Below, piece by piece: positions 1 to 7,102 of a stretch of DNA of 64,000 bases. Every line of letters begins with the position of its first letter. The stretch's first letter is position 1. Location of the stretch: IMG/VR virus record IMGVR_UViG_3300032316_000223, positions 2,487-66,486 of that record; one strand, written 5' to 3'. The translations under genes were made by a program, and so were the position numbers. The notes beneath the pieces were generated by a model that did not search any database, was not told where the DNA came from, and was given only the letters and a program-made list of their open reading frames with translations. The stretch comes from a virus.

Positions 1-20
1 AAATATAGAATAAATCCTAG

Positions 21-116
21 TGAGCCTCTGAGCCTAGCAAATAACCCCCTAAAGGGTGAGCCTAGCAAATAAGAGCAAATAACCTAGGTCAGCAAAAAGG
101 TTAGCAAATCGCTAAC
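21..116 (+). repeat. AGCAAA(TAA)-core direct repeats upstream of the first small gene
   Basis: TGAGCCTAGCAAATAA at 29-44 and 57-72; GAGCAAATAA 73-82; AGCAAA 91-96; TTAGCAAAT 101-109; hairpin GTTAGC-AAATC-GCTAAC 100-116. Confidence 0.7.
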
Positions 117-141
117 TAAACTAAAAGAAAGGTGGTCTCAA

Positions 142-369
142 ATGACTACATTAAATAACTACTATAACGAAATTCGTTCTGATATTGCTAAGGACTTTGG
201 TCTAGAGGCAGGTGGCTATGCGCCACAACCTAAGATGATACCTATCAGAATTGCTGCTCGCATTAACTATAAGTATCCTCCTACCTATGAGGGTAGAAAA
301 GTTATTCTCAACCCTATGGCGGTGCGTATTGCTAAGCGATACCTATCACTATCTAAGGTAGGTGAATAA
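142..369 (+). CDS. hypothetical early-type protein (75 aa)
   Basis: ORF with SD-like AAAGGTGG upstream; first of four coupled small ORFs. Confidence 0.7.
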   Translation: MTTLNNYYNEIRSDIAKDFGLEAGGYAPQPKMIPIRIAARINYKYPPTYEGRKVILNPMAVRIAKRYLSLSKVGE

Positions 370-522
370 ATGACTATCACCTATACACTTTGGCAGGGTA
401 GCCAATTACTAGCAGTAAATCAAAAGGCTAACAAGCCAGAAGAAATACTTGCAGTTATTGCAGAACTAAATAAATTAGGTAAGGGTTTCACTTACAACAT
501 TAGAGAAGTAGAGGTTAAATAG
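370..522 (+). CDS. small hypothetical protein (50 aa, MTITYTLWQG...)
   Basis: Hand-translated; abuts the previous stop, with GGTG upstream. Confidence 0.65.
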   Translation: MTITYTLWQGSQLLAVNQKANKPEEILAVIAELNKLGKGFTYNIREVEVK

Positions 523-524
523 TT

Positions 525-677
525 ATGGAGTTCTACATTAACTTAGATTTTATTAGTATCTATGCTGATAGCATAGGACTACAGGTAGAGTTGCCTACAT
601 GGCTACTAATTGGCTCTATTGCATTAGTTTATTCTATTAAACTAATTAGAAACGAAAAGTCAGGGGAATCTAAATGA
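525..677 (+). CDS. small membrane protein (50 aa, MEFYINLDF...)
   Basis: Hand-translated; GAGG SD; hydrophobic stretch LPTWLLIGSIALVYSI. Confidence 0.6.
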   Translation: MEFYINLDFISIYADSIGLQVELPTWLLIGSIALVYSIKLIRNEKSGESK

Positions 678-847
678 AGGTAACACTAACAACCATGCAA
701 GGCAACACTCGCAACATTAACCTTATGACTAAGCAAGAGGTATTAGATTTTATAGAATTGTTTAAATCTACATTACACAAAAATCAAAGAGTTAAGGTAA
801 CTTGTGATCTATTAAGCATAGATGGTTATCTACAGGGGCAGGCCTAG
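674..847 (+). CDS. small hypothetical protein (57 aa, MKVTLTTMQG...)
   Basis: ATGA overlap with previous ORF; AGGGG SD; followed by hairpin. Confidence 0.65.
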   Translation: MKVTLTTMQGNTRNINLMTKQEVLDFIELFKSTLHKNQRVKVTCDLLSIDGYLQGQA

Positions 848-898
848 TAGGGGGCAACCCCTCTAGTGTGCTCACTATTTTTTTTATTTTTTATTTTT
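848..898 (+). terminator. putative rho-independent terminator
   Basis: AGGGG-GCAA-CCCCT hairpin, second hairpin TAGTG-TGCT-CACTA, then a long T tract. Confidence 0.6.
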
Positions 899-990
899 AA
901 AATTACATATCATACATCTAAGAAAAATATTCAGATTTTCTCAAAATAAAAATTTTTTCAGATTTTCAGGGGGTAGAGTATAATAAATAT

Positions 991-1149
991 ATGTGCCAAC
1001 ACTCCTATACATACACAGGTCCTGGGCTATGCCGATATTGTGGTTTGGACACACATGATCCTGACTGGAATAAAATAAATAAGGGGTATTCAGAGTATAG
1101 AAAAAAAGTTGGATTTTTCTTCAATAATAATGTCTGGTGGACAATCTAG
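991..1149 (+). CDS. small Cys/His protein (52 aa, MCQHSY...CRYCG), probably leaderless
   Basis: Hand-translated; TATAAT 6 nt upstream of ATG; CxH...CxxC motif. Confidence 0.55.
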   Translation: MCQHSYTYTGPGLCRYCGLDTHDPDWNKINKGYSEYRKKVGFFFNNNVWWTI

Positions 1150-1172
1150 CCACAATATGCTAGAATATATAT

Positions 1173-1313
1173 ATGCACTTACTTGGACTAGAAATTCGGA
1201 AAGACCGTAGAGAAAAACAATACTCTATGTTGTCTTGCTATGGTTGTGCTAAAATAATCTGGGTAGCAAAAGAAAACATTAGAGTCAGCAACTACTGTAC
1301 TTCATGCAAATGA
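1173..1313 (+). CDS. small zinc-ribbon protein (46 aa), probably leaderless
   Basis: CYGC...CTSC; TGCTAGAAT at 1158-1166. Confidence 0.55.
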   Translation: MHLLGLEIRKDRREKQYSMLSCYGCAKIIWVAKENIRVSNYCTSCK

Positions 1314-1362
1314 AACAACGAATAATAATCTCTATCATCATAATTGGTTTGGCAGCATTGAT

Positions 1363-1515
1363 ATGGCTATCTTAGACAACCTTGAGGCCTCTATGGCAGA
1401 TGACGACGGTATGCCAAGTAAAACAGTTAACGATATAATTAAAGAAATAATTGAAGATCCAGAGCACTATAAACTTATGGAACGATTAAAATATATGGAG
1501 GATCATGGAATCTGA
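1363..1515 (+). CDS. small acidic hypothetical protein (50 aa, MAILDNLE...)
   Basis: Hand-translated ORF in a packed cluster. Confidence 0.5.
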   Translation: MAILDNLEASMADDDGMPSKTVNDIIKEIIEDPEHYKLMERLKYMEDHGI

Positions 1516-1663
1516 ATCATTGGATAAACATACTGCAAAAGGTTTGAACATAGTAAACGAAACAAGTAAATCAACAAAGTGTTGTGACACATGTGCATGT
1601 GGTAATTCTGAAGAAGAAAAGTTTAATAAATTAATGGAGACTCAGTCTTCTTTTGAAGAGTAA
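1505..1663 (+). CDS. small hypothetical protein with CCxxCxC (52 aa)
   Basis: GGAGG SD upstream; stop abuts the stop of the convergent ORF. Confidence 0.55.
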   Translation: MESESLDKHTAKGLNIVNETSKSTKCCDTCACGNSEEEKFNKLMETQSSFEE

Positions 1664-1864
1664 TTACCACTTACCTAGAGGACACTTGGCTCTTTCTAAA
1701 ACAACTTTCATTTTCATAAAACATCCACACTTGCTGCATCTTTGCATTCTTTGTTGGAACTCAGGGCATGTATAACAAACACCCAATCTCTCTTTAGCCA
1801 CCTGTCTTGAAACTTTTGGAGAAGATCTGTCTAGCATATTCCAAGGTTTAACATCGTCACTCAT
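1664..1864 (-). CDS. small Cys-rich protein, DUF6171-like
   Basis: R-L-x-x-CxxC...CxxCGC...KCPxxKW pattern. Confidence 0.65.
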   Translation of the reverse strand: MSDDVKPWNMLDRSSPKVSRQVAKERLGVCYTCPEFQQRMQRCSKCGCFMKMKVVLERAKCPLGKW

Positions 1865-2326
1865 TTATTTTCCTTTCTTTGGATGATCTAATTCCATTTG
1901 TTTAGAAAACTCGCTATTTCCCAACCACCAACTTTGATCATCAATATACCATATTATACCAATACCTTTAGACATAGCATATTGGATAGCCCATGACAAA
2001 TATTGTACAGTGGGATCATTAGGAGCCTTTGATAAAACTATATATGAATTTCCACCAGTTTCTTTTAAATGCATAATTACTCCAGAAACTTCAGGTTTAA
2101 ACTCTTCTGGCATACTTTCTATTTCTAGCCAACCACAAGTAAAATTTTTACATGGTTCTTGTGGTCTATTTTCATAATCTTTACAGCCTTTGCCAATTTC
2201 AATAAAAAAACAAGGTTTGCCAGGATACATTTCATGTCCTCTTATATCTGCATGAAGCCAACCCTCACAACATTTTGTACAAGTTCCACATTCTTTTTTT
2301 ACAACCATTGGCAACAGAGTTTTCAT
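1865..2326 (-). CDS. CxxCxxCC (YkgJ-like) Zn/Fe-S cluster protein
   Basis: CGTCTKCC...C...C..Y..RP..C..F.C.W pattern; start re-set to ATG 2326, coupled to the upstream stop with GGAG SD. Confidence 0.75.
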   Translation of the reverse strand: MKTLLPMVVKKECGTCTKCCEGWLHADIRGHEMYPGKPCFFIEIGKGCKDYENRPQEPCKNFTCGWLEIESMPEEFKPEVSGVIMHLKETGGNSYIVLSKAPNDPTVQYLSWAIQYAMSKGIGIIWYIDDQSWWLGNSEFSKQMELDHPKKGK

Positions 2327-2327
2327 A

Positions 2328-2924
2328 TTACAGTATCTCCAATTTTGTCGGGGCACCAATAAGTGACTCATTAACACTGGTCCACAATTGTGACGACATA
2401 CTAGTATTAATTCTAGCAGACATACCAATAGACTCCATAACGTAGTTATATCCTCCAGACTTGGTTTCAACTTTGTTCCAAACCCCACTATCATATATTA
2501 AGGTTTGTGAAGGAAATACAAAAAGATAGTAAACCTTTTTTTCATTTTCGGCGGGGACAGAAGACCAATCCTGGTCGCTCTTAGCAAGACACACATAGTA
2601 ATCAGCACTATTATCCACTACGCTAGATATCATGGCATCTAAGGTTTGATATTTGCCTAGCCTGGATCCAGAAAAAGTTAGTGTGTTATTTGCGTATACA
2701 CCTGATTTAACGGAGAAACTTTCGCCTGACTCTAAAGACATGTCTACGCTGATACTATGGCTTCTATTAGGCTGCCAATCGTTTATATACCCTGCTTCTG
2801 TCAAAGTGTTAGCAATAAGTTCTTCTAGAAATTCACTTGTGCATGGAAGTCTATAAACTGAATGATGTATTTTTAGTTTACTTGTCAAACCTTCAATAAG
2901 GGTTTGTTTAATTTTATCTAGCAC
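2328..2924 (-). CDS. putative PD-(D/E)xK nuclease, restriction-endonuclease-like
   Basis: Helix with EFLEE, then VD...FSVKSG (D-x10-SxK) core; 198 aa; GTG start just downstream of a consensus promoter. Confidence 0.5.
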   Translation of the reverse strand: MLDKIKQTLIEGLTSKLKIHHSVYRLPCTSEFLEELIANTLTEAGYINDWQPNRSHSISVDMSLESGESFSVKSGVYANNTLTFSGSRLGKYQTLDAMISSVVDNSADYYVCLAKSDQDWSSVPAENEKKVYYLFVFPSQTLIYDSGVWNKVETKSGGYNYVMESIGMSARINTSMSSQLWTSVNESLIGAPTKLEIL

Positions 2925-2929
2925 ATCTA

Positions 2930-2958
2930 AGTATAACTCATATCGGGATATAAAGCAA
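2930..2958 (-). promoter_or_regulatory. sigma-A-type promoter TTGCTT-N17-TATACT for the minus-strand operon
   Basis: -35 at 2958-2953, -10 at 2935-2930, 5 nt before GTG (leaderless). Confidence 0.55.
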
Positions 2959-3093
2959 ACATAGATATTACATCCAGTTAGACATTATTGTGTGTGTCAC
3001 ACATGTTATGTCTTATAGTGGTTTGGTATTTCTATTTTCGGCTTTATTAATTCCCGCCGAAATTTAATCTTATATGATGATATAATTTACTTT

Positions 3094-3309
3094 ATGTCAC
3101 CGCAAGATTGGGCAGGATTAATATTAACAGGTTTAACAATTATAACAATTGTTGCTGGTGGAATCGGTTGGCTCGTAAAACATTATTTAAACGAACTTAA
3201 ACCAAATTCAGGCTCCAGTTTAAAAGATTCCGTTAATCGCTTAGAGGAAAAAACTGACAAATTATTTGACCTTTTGCTTGAACACTTTAAAGATCATTCT
3301 AAGAAATAA
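3094..3309 (+). CDS. single-TM membrane protein, DUF2746-like (lysis-associated in actinophages)
   Basis: N-terminal TM helix, ELKPNSGSSLKD motif, coiled-coil; TGATATAAT 7 nt upstream. Confidence 0.65.
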   Translation: MSPQDWAGLILTGLTIITIVAGGIGWLVKHYLNELKPNSGSSLKDSVNRLEEKTDKLFDLLLEHFKDHSKK

Positions 3310-3548
3310 TTTTCTTTATATATAATATATAAGATACTTTAAAAACCTTACTTGCTAGTTATTCTTTATTCTTTATATTTTTAAGTATACACTGTAATAC
3401 TCTGGTTTTTTACAGTTTATGCAGAAGTGATTATAACAATCGTATAACAATTTGTTTAATGTCTGGTTTATAACGTTTTGTTACTATTTATTCCTTTTAT
3501 AACGTTTTGTTATAATTTGTTATATTCTAATAATACAATGTTATAATT
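3310..3548. repeat. very AT-rich intergenic region with TTATAAC/GTTATAA repeats
   Basis: TTTATAACGTTTTGTTA at 3467-3483 and 3496-3512; further TATAAC at 3432 and 3443, GTTATA at 3519 and 3540. Confidence 0.65.
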
Positions 3549-3552
3549 TTTA

Positions 3553-3611
3553 CGCTGGCACCTAGATTCTAACCCCCACCCCACTGCGTCTAGGTGTCCA
3601 GTTTTTTATTT
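3553..3611 (+). ncRNA. candidate small hairpin RNA with C-rich loop (or terminator)
   Basis: TGTTATAAT 3539-3547; stem CTGGCACCTAGA/TCTAGGTGTCCAG; 22-nt loop containing CCCCCACCCC; U tract. Confidence 0.4.
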
Positions 3612-3613
3612 AA

Positions 3614-3622
3614 TGGTATAAT
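3614..3622 (+). promoter_or_regulatory. extended -10 promoter TGnTATAAT (fibre cassette 1; representative of the recurrent motif)
   Basis: Same motif at 3078, 3539, 4848, 5806, 10151, 10966, 14052, 18363, 23887, 26477, 31312, 45669, 55244 and 62168, each just upstream of a gene or the candidate sRNA. Confidence 0.75.
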
Positions 3623-3630
3623 CAATTATC

Positions 3631-4029
3631 ATGTGTGCTCCTACAGTAGAAAAATATGGCGCCTCGCCAGCAAATATTCAATGGACAGTAGTCCGTGGAG
3701 ACACAGCAACCCTGCTTGTAGAGTTTTTAGAAGACGATGAAGTAACACCATTTGACTGCGATGACTGGACATTTAGAGCAACCGCCTATGATCCAATGGG
3801 AAATGTATTAGATAACCTAACCGTAACTGTTGTTGATAATGAGGCAACTATTACTGCTCCCGCATCAGTTACAAAGGATTGGGGAACAGGCTATAGCCAA
3901 GTAGCAGCAGAGTTAAGATTTGACCTTGAAGTAATTATAGAAGGTGGTAGTGGGCCAAATGCAGATACAGTGTGGACACCAGTTATAGGAACTATTTGTG
4001 TTCTAAGTGATATGACTCCAGGTTTATAA
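3631..4029 (+). CDS. virion fibre adaptor beta-sandwich protein (BppU-N/LtfC-like), paralog 1
   Basis: PANIQWTVVRGD...D..W.F.A...FDLEV...VWT...GTI; similar to 4872 and 10169 ORFs. Confidence 0.55.
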   Translation: MCAPTVEKYGASPANIQWTVVRGDTATLLVEFLEDDEVTPFDCDDWTFRATAYDPMGNVLDNLTVTVVDNEATITAPASVTKDWGTGYSQVAAELRFDLEVIIEGGSGPNADTVWTPVIGTICVLSDMTPGL

Positions 4030-4118
4030 TGCCAATAGTAAAAGTTTCAAACCCTACACCCCTTCTTCCGCCAGTAATAAAAATTGGCAAAAAAATATTT
4101 AAGATCAAAATAAAGTAG
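4029..4118 (+). CDS. 29-aa basic peptide MPIVKVSNPTPLLPPVIKIGKKIFKIKIK
   Basis: TAATG-coupled to the upstream gene; fills the gap exactly. Confidence 0.5.
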   Translation: MPIVKVSNPTPLLPPVIKIGKKIFKIKIK

Positions 4119-4130
4119 TTAGGATAAGTC

Positions 4131-4847
4131 ATGGCTAAAAGCATGGACTTTCCACCAAAGAAAAAATATCTAGAAACAATCCAAGAGGTTAGAACGACAG
4201 AGTATATCGCTGTGCCTGGAGTTACTGGAGAAAAGGGCGAAGTTGGTCCTCCAGGTCCACCAGGAATACAAGGACCTAAAGGCGATAAGGGCGATAAAGG
4301 TGATCCAGGAAGACAAGGGCCACAAGGTGAACGTGGAGAACCAGGAAGAGCAGGGGATGGATACGACAGCCCATCTGGACAGTATCCTGGTTGGGCTTAT
4401 TATGCAAATAAAAGTATTCAAGAATATAGACTAGGTCCAGAAAGAGGCGAAGACGGTTGGGTAGATTTTTTCTTAGATATAGACGAATCAAAAACCATTG
4501 AAGCCTATTTGCCAAATAGATCAGTTTCATTGTTAAATCCAACAACAAGAAACATAAATTTAAAAACCTTAAAGGTTGGTTCAAAAGTAGACATTAGATA
4601 TGATTTTTCTTTAGAAACATATACTTCAAATACAGAGGTTTGGATAAGAACTCTTTTGAGAGATGAAGAAGTTTCTCCAATGGGCTATGTTGGATTACTT
4701 AAATATCAGTATCCATACGACATTTCATATTGTCAAACCATTTTTATCAATAGCGATAGAATTAAAAACTACGGAGGGCAACCTCAAATTAGAACTGACA
4801 ATGAAGGCTCTTTTATTTTAAAAGGTATATATGTATCAGTCTCTTAG
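4131..4847 (+). CDS. collagen triple-helix fibre protein with globular C-terminal domain
   Basis: About 16 Gly-X-Y triplets ([13 protein letters not shown]...). Confidence 0.8.
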   Translation: MAKSMDFPPKKKYLETIQEVRTTEYIAVPGVTGEKGEVGPPGPPGIQGPKGDKGDKGDPGRQGPQGERGEPGRAGDGYDSPSGQYPGWAYYANKSIQEYRLGPERGEDGWVDFFLDIDESKTIEAYLPNRSVSLLNPTTRNINLKTLKVGSKVDIRYDFSLETYTSNTEVWIRTLLRDEEVSPMGYVGLLKYQYPYDISYCQTIFINSDRIKNYGGQPQIRTDNEGSFILKGIYVSVS

Positions 4848-4871
4848 TGGTATAATGTTACAGGAGGAATA

Positions 4872-5222
4872 ATGGCATTTCCAGGTTCTTATAATTTTAG
4901 TTACTATCGTGGTGATAGGTATGAGTTTGTAATCCGTCCAAAAACTGCAAATGGTGGCGCTTTTGATTTAACAGGCTATAACGCAAACTTTTTTGTTGCT
5001 ACCGCAAGAGGAGAGGGTCAAACTCAATACGAAATGCAGGCTGTCGTAGATGGCTCTGCCGACACAGTAACTTGCACAATCCTACCAGGTGCAGGAGAAG
5101 CGCTAACTGCTGGAAGTTATGTCTATGACGTTCAAATAGATTCTGGCGCAACATTAGTTTACACACTTTTAACGGGGACTGTAACAGTAGTAGATGATAT
5201 TACTGGAGCAGATGATTCATAA
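4872..5222 (+). CDS. virion fibre adaptor beta-sandwich protein, paralog 2
   Basis: YNFSYYRGD...FDLTGY...YVYDVQI...LLTGTVTV; AGGAGG SD. Confidence 0.6.
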   Translation: MAFPGSYNFSYYRGDRYEFVIRPKTANGGAFDLTGYNANFFVATARGEGQTQYEMQAVVDGSADTVTCTILPGAGEALTAGSYVYDVQIDSGATLVYTLLTGTVTVVDDITGADDS

Positions 5223-5797
5223 TGGTTGATGTACTACTTAATACTGACGATGTTGTTGTTATAGGGCCACCAGAATCAATTGACTTATTGGTTGATATTG
5301 GCCCACAGGGAGTTCGTGGTAGTAAGTTTATTGTCGGTTCTGGAGAGCCAAATGCACTAACAGCAAGTGGTGTTTTATTTGGAAATACTTTAATCTTAAA
5401 CGATATGTATATTAATACCGCTCCAGGAGAAAATTATGGATACATGTATCAGTATATTTCTCAGGCTGGTGCAAATACCTGGGTTCAAGTTTTAAAAGTA
5501 AGTCCAGCAATTTATTCATCTGTTAGAGCAGTCACATTTACATCTGGAGCAGGATCAACAACTATTCCTATATCAAACATTGTAACGGTTAGCGGTTCGC
5601 CACTTACCGCTTCAAATTTTAGTGTTCAGTTTCAAATTGAAGGGGCAAATCCAATTGCTTCATCAATGGAAATACCTGCTTTAGTAGGAGCAGGAACAAA
5701 CCTAGTAATAAATTTTGATGCAGTCCAATATAGCGGTGGTACTTGGTCAGCACTTACTGGAAGTAAAACGGTTCATCTGTTTATTTCTATAGTTTAA
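5222..5797 (+). CDS. virion fibre-associated structural protein
   Basis: GPQGVRGSKF...DMYINT...WV motif typical of fibre shaft domains; coupled to the upstream gene. Confidence 0.55.
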   Translation: MVDVLLNTDDVVVIGPPESIDLLVDIGPQGVRGSKFIVGSGEPNALTASGVLFGNTLILNDMYINTAPGENYGYMYQYISQAGANTWVQVLKVSPAIYSSVRAVTFTSGAGSTTIPISNIVTVSGSPLTASNFSVQFQIEGANPIASSMEIPALVGAGTNLVINFDAVQYSGGTWSALTGSKTVHLFISIV

Positions 5798-5831
5798 TAT
5801 AAAAATGGTATAATTTTAAAGAGGTGACCAC

Positions 5832-6311
5832 ATGGCTGTAGAAAATATAGGAAATTTAGTACCAACCAAAATTCCAGCATTAGCAGACGATGCTAATATT
5901 CAGGACGCACTAAAAGCATATCACTACGGCTCGTATGATTTTGATACTGCAGAAAGCAATTCAGCAAATCTTTTAAATCCATCAATTGCTTATACAATTA
6001 ATAATTTACAAAGCCAAATAACCACAAAGGCTGCGCTAGAGGTTGCAGCAAGAGATAGTTCAAGAGCAACGACAACTGCTCCTACTGCAGCAGCATTTAC
6101 AGCATTTTCTAATACAATTCCAGATGGATATATTTGGGTAGACAAAGATGCATCAGCACCAGTAGGATACATATCGGCAACATCTGTTTATACCGCAACG
6201 CAGCCAACTACTGGACTAGCAAATGGTGTTATTTGGATTAAAAAGGGATCAAGTCCTTTAGAGATGTATGTTTACAATGGCGATACTAGCGCATTTAATA
6301 GGGTGGTCTAA
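5832..6311 (+). CDS. fibre-associated protein
   Basis: Repeated P..G.IW.D/K fibre motifs; GAGGT SD. Confidence 0.55.
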   Translation: MAVENIGNLVPTKIPALADDANIQDALKAYHYGSYDFDTAESNSANLLNPSIAYTINNLQSQITTKAALEVAARDSSRATTTAPTAAAFTAFSNTIPDGYIWVDKDASAPVGYISATSVYTATQPTTGLANGVIWIKKGSSPLEMYVYNGDTSAFNRVV

Positions 6312-6736
6312 TGCCAACATTTAATACAGACGGTAAGCCAGGATATATTTATAATGTAGCAGACGATACATGGTATGAACTATCTGGCAAGACAGACACG
6401 TCTGGAACCTTTGAATGGGCTGGTCTACAAAGTTATTTATCTACTGTAACAATGCTTGAAGCGCTGGTTGCAAAAAAAGGTATAAATAATTATCTTAATC
6501 CAACAGCAAGAGATGCATCAATTACTTCACCAACCGCAGGATCAATATGTGTAATAAGACAAGATGGTAGTGGAAACGTAATAAACCAACTTCAATTTTA
6601 TAGTGGATCAACATGGGTTCCTTTTATTCCAGCACAAGCAGGGAAGGCTGGAAAAGTATTGCAAACAGATGGTATAATAACATCATGGCAAGACTCAAGT
6701 GGATTGCCAGATGTATTCTTATTAATGGGAGGATAA
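6311..6736 (+). CDS. fibre segment ending in FLLMGG
   Basis: ARDASITSPTAG...Y.GSTW; GKVLQTDG fibre motifs. Confidence 0.55.
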   Translation: MPTFNTDGKPGYIYNVADDTWYELSGKTDTSGTFEWAGLQSYLSTVTMLEALVAKKGINNYLNPTARDASITSPTAGSICVIRQDGSGNVINQLQFYSGSTWVPFIPAQAGKAGKVLQTDGIITSWQDSSGLPDVFLLMGG

Positions 6737-6739
6737 AAA

Positions 6740-7072
6740 ATGCCAACAGCCTATAAGGTTTTAGCACAATCAGCACCATCAGCAACGACAGAGACAACTC
6801 TTTACACAGTACCAGCAGGAACATCTGCTGTAGTTTCTACTATGGCAATTGCCAATCAAGCAGGTACTTCTGGAACATACAGAATTGCTGTACGTCCAGC
6901 AGCAGATGCTTCAACAGCACAGAAGCACTACATTGTTTATGGAGCAACAGTAGGAGCGTCAGATTCAATTATGTTAACTCTTGGAGTTACCCTTGCAGCA
7001 GGCGATTTAATTCGTGTCTATTCATCTTCTGCAAATATGTCTTTTTCAGCATTTGGTTCAGAACTTAGTTAA
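6740..7072 (+). CDS. small fibre connector protein (YKVLAQ...YTVPA...FGSE)
   Basis: 110-aa beta-rich protein between a fibre segment and a Gly-rich protein. Confidence 0.55.
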   Translation: MPTAYKVLAQSAPSATTETTLYTVPAGTSAVVSTMAIANQAGTSGTYRIAVRPAADASTAQKHYIVYGATVGASDSIMLTLGVTLAAGDLIRVYSSSANMSFSAFGSELS

Positions 7073-7102
7073 TTAAAATTTAAACAAAAGGAGTTTACCC
7101 CC

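Noticed and set aside
2327-2494. N-terminal extensions in the ORF track (also 8106, 22206, 46788, 48535, 54566)
   Set aside because: They overlap upstream genes; downstream starts with SD or translational coupling fit better
2985-3012. Imperfect inverted repeat GACAT...TGTGTG/CACACA...ATGTC between divergent promoters
   Set aside because: Single low-complexity instance with no second copy found; cannot support a function
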